The position numbers were made by a program, and so were the translations under genes. A DNA stretch of 64,000 bases. Origin: a virus. Taxonomy: Duplodnaviria; Caudoviricetes. Of this stretch, positions 58,410-64,000 are shown one piece after another. How positions within the stretch are numbered: the first letter of the stretch is position 1; each line of letters opens with the position of its first letter. The stretch is from the IMG/VR virus record IMGVR_UViG_3300010163_000001, positions 160,001-224,000 of that record; one strand, given 5' to 3'. Under the pieces are notes generated by a model. The model did not search any database. It was not told the DNA's origin and saw nothing but the letters and a program-made list of their open reading frames with translations.

Positions 58410-59705
58410 TTACATATCATCTACGAAATCCTCTGAAGGAACGCCGCCATTATTCTTGTTTTCTTCAGATTCTTCCCATTCTCTCTTTGGACAGTATTCT
58501 TGTACAAGTTCCTTCCCAGTATCTAAATATTTCATATCTGGATTTATTTCAAAGAATTCCGAATACTTCCTTAAGAAAGTGGGATGACAACTTCCTCTTT
58601 TAATCTTACGAAGCCATTCTTCATAAGATCTTGTATAGTAATGATTTAACTGCATGAATTCTGTTGTAATTTCCGGATGATCATCGTAATCTGCGGTTTC
58701 AGCATCTAATCGAACTAATGGTGTATAACTTGTAAACCCGCGAATACGATTTGTCTGAGCAAATGTTTTTCCACCGTGTTTTTCATCATACCAAGTAGTT
58801 TCCTTTGGAAAACGAATCATATCAGGTTCTGCTGTTTGTGTTTCTTGTCCATTTGCAGTATAATGTTTCCATTGACATTTGATTTTTGCATATTGTGTGT
58901 TTTCCTTAAGGAAATCAATTAAAGATTTTGAATCATCTTTTAATTTGATATATTCATCCGGATCCATACCAATGAACCATTTTGTTTCATTTTTATAGTT
59001 ATTTAAGAAATCTGTATGTGCATCTTGCTGTGAAAATCTTGTTGTTGGAAATCTCTTGATGGTACAATGATCAAGATACTTAAAATTAACGCTTTCCAAG
59101 TATTCTTGCGCTGGAATTTCTGATTCGTTATCATAGAGATAGAAATGATCAACTCCCATCTCTTCAATATGATATCGAATCCACTCTTCCAAATAATCAT
59201 TTTCATCTCGAATAATTGCAATTACAGATAAAAAGTATTTGTAATCTATTTTTGCCTCTTCACTTTCAAAAAGTCGAAGTTTACCAGCAACTTCCTCTTT
59301 CTTTAATTCTGCAGTCAATTCGTCTCTTTGTTTTTCCAAAGTGGCTAATTTTTCACGATTATTCTTCGCAATGTTTTTTGCTTCTTCCATACTCATTCCA
59401 TTAATGATGTTATCCATAAATGTTTTGTATTCATTTTCACCGGATGCCTGTTTACTAATTTCGTTTATTTCGCTCATAACATTATGCAAACTAATAGATG
59501 CTTCACTCTCTTGTGGAATTTCGTCATCCTTTAATTCAGTTACTTTTCCATCAATATAGAATAAATTATTATTTATTCCGGATGATAACACCTTTTTCTC
59601 TTCATCACCTTCTACAAAAATAGAATCTGAATTGGAAGTATTATGAATAATCGTATTATATCCCACAATTTTCATATTTTTGTAATCAACATATATTTCG
59701 ATCAT
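58410..59705 (-). CDS. glycosyltransferase (GT-A, GT92/GT2-like) with N-terminal coiled-coil extension
   Basis: LSVIAIIRDENDYLEEWIRYH..MGVDHFYLYDNES, WFIGMDPDEY, QLNHYYTRSYEEW..K..RG. Confidence 0.85.
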   Translation of the reverse strand: MIEIYVDYKNMKIVGYNTIIHNTSNSDSIFVEGDEEKKVLSSGINNNLFYIDGKVTELKDDEIPQESEASISLHNVMSEINEISKQASGENEYKTFMDNIINGMSMEEAKNIAKNNREKLATLEKQRDELTAELKKEEVAGKLRLFESEEAKIDYKYFLSVIAIIRDENDYLEEWIRYHIEEMGVDHFYLYDNESEIPAQEYLESVNFKYLDHCTIKRFPTTRFSQQDAHTDFLNNYKNETKWFIGMDPDEYIKLKDDSKSLIDFLKENTQYAKIKCQWKHYTANGQETQTAEPDMIRFPKETTWYDEKHGGKTFAQTNRIRGFTSYTPLVRLDAETADYDDHPEITTEFMQLNHYYTRSYEEWLRKIKRGSCHPTFLRKYSEFFEINPDMKYLDTGKELVQEYCPKREWEESEENKNNGGVPSEDFVDDM

Positions 59706-59801
59706 TTTTTATATGCACCTCCATTATTTTAAATAAATATATTTATTTAAAATGTACGGTAGGGAAATTAATAATATATTTCATTCATGCAGTATCTCAT
59801 A

Positions 59802-61319
59802 TTAAATTTTTAGTATAGATATCTTTGTAATAACGTCACCACCATTAATATATAATTCAATTGAAGTATCATCTGCTATATTTACACCAATACCAGATTT
59901 TAAAGTAATCATCTGTTTACCTAATGAGCACAGATTACCGCAAAGGCTTTGAAAATCGCTAATTGCAGACCAATAACAATCAGTATGGCAGTTAAAGTTT
60001 GAATTATATACTGATAAATAAACAGACGAACATGAATTATCAATAGGAATAGGACTATTATGATATAAATTATAATTACACGTATATGCGCAATTTGTAG
60101 ATTCAATTTCTTTAGTTAAAATGAAAGTTTGTTCAAAAAACTCGTTATAATTACTACATTTATATCCTCTTATTTTTATGATTACTCCTACTATTAAAGT
60201 GGGATGACCGGAAATCCCAATTGGGTCATATGAAAATATACCGTATTTATATGGATCTGATATAGGAAATTTCTTATTATAGGATATCTCTCCATCAAAT
60301 ATAGTATTCCAACATTCCGTATTATCTTCCAATGCAACATTATACCAAGTAGTATTAGAATATCCGTTACCATTGCGAATAAGTAACGCAGGTGCAGTAC
60401 CAATTCTTCCAACAACTGATAATTGTGGTAGAGAACATTCCACACTTCTAGTAGCTATATAATCTTTATCATCAGCTAGACCATTGTCTAGCAGATCACT
60501 TTTATTAGAACAGTCTGTTATATTTGCTACAAATTCTAGAATATTACATCCATTATAGTTATAATATTCAGAGTATGTTTTTATTACATTCATAAAACGT
60601 AAAATGCTCCAATCTGACCATGTACTACCCGTAGAATATGTTCTTTGTCTAGTATATATTTCAGACATATTGGTAAGATACGCAGTATTTGAATTTTCTT
60701 TTATAGCTAATTGCTGTATCTTACTATTGGTAGATTTCATTACAATTAGTGAAAAGTTTCCTGCTGCTGGAGCATTTAATGCGGTGGTTGCATTTGTCAT
60801 TGTATAAATACCTGGAGTTGTCATGTTATTAAAATTCGTAGCATTCTTTGTTGACACTGCAGCAAAATCAGATGCATGTTTGTTGTCTACTGTATCTGCA
60901 TTACCTCCATTTGCGGGTAATGATGATGGTACGGTAGGTATATTTACTGTTTTTGCTGTGCTACCATCATATGAGCCAGTAACGCTTCCTGTAAACGTCA
61001 GAGCATTTGGATTTTTCATAGTCGTAGGCATATCTGTAATTTCTGATTTCGTATGTTTATGTTCCTTTGGAGCAAATCTATTATCAGATGTTGATTTATC
61101 ATATGCGTTAACATCAGTTGCTGTTGTACCATGAGGGTTTGTATCTTTTGTAATCGCATGGTCATATGCTGTTTTCCCTCTATCTCCACGATAGGCTGTA
61201 TCGCTGGTCTCGCCTAATGTAAGAGCACTTTTTATTTGCTGATATCTACCTTCCGTAAATGTAAGAATTGTCTTTATCAGACTTTTTAAAACATTTTTAT
61301 TTGTAGATTTTCTTGCCAT
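59802..61319 (-). CDS. expressed tail-fibre gene: constant N-terminus (~aa 1-215) plus variable cassette D
   Basis: AAGGAG SD; LGETSDTAYRGDRGK, NPHGTT, HKHTKSEITD, GGNADTVDNKHASDF fibre motifs; in-frame GTATCTTA junction at 60674-60681. Confidence 0.85.
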   Translation of the reverse strand: MARKSTNKNVLKSLIKTILTFTEGRYQQIKSALTLGETSDTAYRGDRGKTAYDHAITKDTNPHGTTATDVNAYDKSTSDNRFAPKEHKHTKSEITDMPTTMKNPNALTFTGSVTGSYDGSTAKTVNIPTVPSSLPANGGNADTVDNKHASDFAAVSTKNATNFNNMTTPGIYTMTNATTALNAPAAGNFSLIVMKSTNSKIQQLAIKENSNTAYLTNMSEIYTRQRTYSTGSTWSDWSILRFMNVIKTYSEYYNYNGCNILEFVANITDCSNKSDLLDNGLADDKDYIATRSVECSLPQLSVVGRIGTAPALLIRNGNGYSNTTWYNVALEDNTECWNTIFDGEISYNKKFPISDPYKYGIFSYDPIGISGHPTLIVGVIIKIRGYKCSNYNEFFEQTFILTKEIESTNCAYTCNYNLYHNSPIPIDNSCSSVYLSVYNSNFNCHTDCYWSAISDFQSLCGNLCSLGKQMITLKSGIGVNIADDTSIELYINGGDVITKISILKI

Positions 61320-61412
61320 TTTTATATTCTCCTTTCTTATATTAATAATATTCGTTTTTATTTAAGTGTACTAAATTCAGTGTTTAGATTTCCATTTATC
61401 AAATTCCTTTAC

Positions 61413-61444
61413 GTATCTTAGATACTATGATACTGCTAGCTGGA
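61413..61444 (+). repeat. shufflon-type junction repeat, cassette B
   Basis: GTATCTTAGATACTATGATACT(GCT)AGCTGGA. Confidence 0.85.
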
Positions 61445-62289
61445 GCACATGGTATATAAATGAATTACAAAATGCTGCAACTTATAAGTACAATTCTGTA
61501 TATCAAGAACCTATAGCTTACAATTCACCAACCCCGGGAGTATATGAGAATCGTAACTTTTGCAAAGATTATAGATATAACGATGTTGATTTAAACACCG
61601 GAAGTTGTATTGGTATTAATATGCATTATAGTCATTTATATATGGGTTGTGATATGTCGATGGTCTTAGTAGATACCCTTGATATACCAAGTATTTTATT
61701 TAAGGGAAATAATCATGATAAGTTTTACAAAGTTGCTATGGAAGATAGAATAATTAAACCATTAGTAATATACAATGGAAGCTATACAGGTACCCAGTTA
61801 ACTTTAAATGTACCATTAGAATATTTAGAACACAATATAATTTTTAGGAATAATATTTTATATTTATTTTCTTGCTTAAAAGTGACTATAATATATAAAG
61901 AAAATATTAACAATAAATGTAGTTGGCTTGAACAATCTGAAAATATTGTACAATATACATTTGAAGATGCCTATTATTTAAAATCAACTAGCTGTAACAT
62001 TTATTATGAAAGTCCTATGACATCATCATTCGGTATAAATTGTAATTATAATGGAAGTATGAAAATGTGCATATATGGGAAACAATTTGGGTATGATCCT
62101 GATTGTTCTAATTGCATGTGGATCAATAATAATTGTCCACATGCGGTTCCAAATTATATTGATGACATACATTGTAGTTTATTATATTGGAATTATGGAA
62201 GCCCTCAATTAGGTCCTATATTTAAATTGAATATAAATAATCATAATCTTGATATAAAAAAAGTTATAATTGAGCGATTACCATCTTAA
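61414..62289 (+). CDS. silent tail-fibre C-terminal cassette B
   Basis: Frame open from YLRYYDTASWSTW (61414) through track ORF 61621..62289. Confidence 0.7.
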   Translation, partial: YLRYYDTASWSTWYINELQNAATYKYNSVYQEPIAYNSPTPGVYENRNFCKDYRYNDVDLNTGSCIGINMHYSHLYMGCDMSMVLVDTLDIPSILFKGNNHDKFYKVAMEDRIIKPLVIYNGSYTGTQLTLNVPLEYLEHNIIFRNNILYLFSCLKVTIIYKENINNKCSWLEQSENIVQYTFEDAYYLKSTSCNIYYESPMTSSFGINCNYNGSMKMCIYGKQFGYDPDCSNCMWINNNCPHAVPNYIDDIHCSLLYWNYGSPQLGPIFKLNINNHNLDIKKVIIERLPS

Positions 62290-62303
62290 TTTTTATTTGA
62301 TTA

Positions 62304-63581
62304 TTAATTTAAAAAATAAATAGCGAGTAATCGTAACTTAGATTCAGCATCAAATCCGAAGTTAATATTAAAGTTCATATATATTACTCTAGAGTAACCA
62401 TCGTTAAGAGTTTCTTCTCCAGGAAGATTATCTATATAAGCTGAATTTACTGAAGAAAGGGGGTGATTATAATCCACATTACCACCAGTTAAAGAGATAA
62501 ACGGTTTTGTTGCCGCTCCTTCAATATCAAATTCTGCGTCATATAATAAATAAGATTGATATGTGCAATTACAACTGTCACTACGAATAATCCAACCTAA
62601 AGTAGCTTCTGCAGATCCTAGTTTATAATTAGTTGAACTTGTATAAAACATATAATCTATACGTACTGGTAATATACACAGATTTAATGGGCCACCATAA
62701 ATACCACACAAGTAATTACATCCGTTACCTGAGAATTTACCCATTCTAGTAATTCTAACATTTCCCATAAGATTATATATAGTTTTTATTAAGTCACCAG
62801 AACCAGATGATTTTAATGAACCACTCCATACCCTTTCCCAAACAAAATGATCGTCTTCAGAAAGTAATTTATATCTCTTCCATTCAGACCACTCATTAAC
62901 ACCTTCCCTATATTTTAAATAACGAGAATAAAAATCAGTCATTTGGGTATTAATAGACAATTGGAATTTTCCCTTTTTGTAATTTCCATTATTATCAGTA
63001 CTTTCTGATGCATTATATTCTATCTGAAGTACAAATGTGTTATTATAACCATAATGTCGTGCAGGATATTCGTCTGAAGAATATTTAAAGTATTCTGGAG
63101 GAGTATTGTCAATTGTATAAGAATAATAATCACCTGGGAGTGCAATAACTCCTGAGAAGCCATCAAAATTATATGACATGTCAGTTTCAGATGGCAATTT
63201 TTTTACATTAGAAATAGATTCCCATTCAGACCATCTAAAACTATATGAAGTATCAGAAACTTCGGTTAAATAATAATTACGTATAAATATATTATTATCG
63301 CCGACACCAGAGACAATCTGGTGAATACATGGCGGGGAATAATAGCCACTTACAAATACAATTAATCCAACTTCTGGGACTTTAAAATTAGTATCTAGAA
63401 GCTGATATGGGATGCCTACTGAGTTTCTAGGTATGGTATAAAAACCAGGTGTAAATAGTTCATTAACATTTACTGATATACTTGAACCTAAATTTTTCCA
63501 ATTAATAGCATTATTATGTGCATGATCGCTCATACTCATAGAAATCCAACTTTTCCAGCTAGTATCATAGTATCTAAGATA
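62304..63581 (-). CDS. silent tail-fibre C-terminal cassette C
   Basis: Begins YLRYYDTSWKSWISMSM; no SD before TTG 63584; knob-like units. Confidence 0.75.
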   Translation of the reverse strand, partial: YLRYYDTSWKSWISMSMSDHAHNNAINWKNLGSSISVNVNELFTPGFYTIPRNSVGIPYQLLDTNFKVPEVGLIVFVSGYYSPPCIHQIVSGVGDNNIFIRNYYLTEVSDTSYSFRWSEWESISNVKKLPSETDMSYNFDGFSGVIALPGDYYSYTIDNTPPEYFKYSSDEYPARHYGYNNTFVLQIEYNASESTDNNGNYKKGKFQLSINTQMTDFYSRYLKYREGVNEWSEWKRYKLLSEDDHFVWERVWSGSLKSSGSGDLIKTIYNLMGNVRITRMGKFSGNGCNYLCGIYGGPLNLCILPVRIDYMFYTSSTNYKLGSAEATLGWIIRSDSCNCTYQSYLLYDAEFDIEGAATKPFISLTGGNVDYNHPLSSVNSAYIDNLPGEETLNDGYSRVIYMNFNINFGFDAESKLRLLAIYFLN

Positions 63582-63582
63582 C
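63531..63582 (-). repeat. shufflon-type junction repeat, cassette C
   Basis: Inverted copy of 55824-55875 with one mismatch. Confidence 0.85.
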
Positions 63583-63638
63583 AAAGTTTGATTAGAACGG
63601 ATAGAATATATTCTATCCGTTCTAATCTATTCGTTTAT

Positions 63639-64000
63639 TTATTCATCAAAATCATCATCTAATAAGGACTCCTCAAGAAATTCTAATTCATCCTGTAAAA
63701 TGGCTGCTTCTGCAGCAGGATCTTTTGCTGTAGAATCTCTCTGTCCAACAGATCCATCTGTTCCGTTAATGGGATCGAAATCATCTAAAACCCCATCTGC
63801 AAAGTTTTTATCGAAAGATGCTTTTGAATCTCTCTGTCCTTCTGAGCCATCATTTGTTTTTACTGGGTCATCTGTATTTCGATCACCGTCCGTATAGTTG
63901 TCTTCAAATGTTGCTACAGAATTTTGCTGACCAATTGAACCATTAGATGTTGCTTCAGGATCTTCTAATCCCAATACATCAGATTCATATGCGATAATCA
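63639..64000 (-). CDS. partial acidic repeat protein (5' end outside the window)
   Basis: Frame open to the window edge; three ~29-aa repeats (N/D)GSxGQ(Q/R)(N/D)SxA. Confidence 0.7.
   Translation of the reverse strand, partial: IIAYESDVLGLEDPEATSNGSIGQQNSVATFEDNYTDGDRNTDDPVKTNDGSEGQRDSKASFDKNFADGVLDDFDPINGTDGSVGQRDSTAKDPAAEAAILQDELEFLEESLLDDDFDE

Noticed and set aside
55824-63582. Diversity-generating retroelement explanation for the 52-bp repeat
   Set aside because: No reverse transcriptase, only one mismatch, and the repeats sit at cassette N-termini in inverted orientation rather than at a C-terminal variable region.
1-64000. Stop-codon reassignment
   Set aside because: Coding density is high under code 11; TAA, TAG and TGA all end genes next to terminators or downstream starts.

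Overview
A 64-kb, very AT-rich, densely coding segment of a jumbo myophage related to the phiKZ/AR9 group. Strong AGGAGG Shine-Dalgarno sites suggest a Firmicutes host. Most genes are on the minus strand. It encodes multisubunit RNA polymerase beta and beta' subunits, baseplate/virion proteins, a 3947-aa repetitive protein, PPK1, thymidylate kinase, sigma-70-like, GrpE-like, EF-Ts-N-like, kinase-like and DNA-polymerase-like proteins, a glycosyltransferase and a tail-fibre locus. Five features the ORF track does not explain stand out. (1) A shufflon-like tail-fibre locus (55.8-63.6 kb): one expressed gene plus three headless C-terminal cassettes joined in frame at a shared GTATCTTA(GATAC) site, with no recombinase in the window. 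(2) Two non-coding ~0.5-kb arrays with 5-nt phasing (minus strand GYNNN pentamers punctuated by GGAANN hexamers), each placed early promoter - small gene - array - terminator; these are candidate guide-like RNAs. (3) A likely programmed -1 frameshift in a baseplate-hub/chaperone gene. (4) An atypical tRNA-like element next to a candidate ncRNA. (5) Recurrent early (TATATT) and late (AAC-N7-TA) promoter motifs. All functional calls come from motif recognition by eye; no searches were run.
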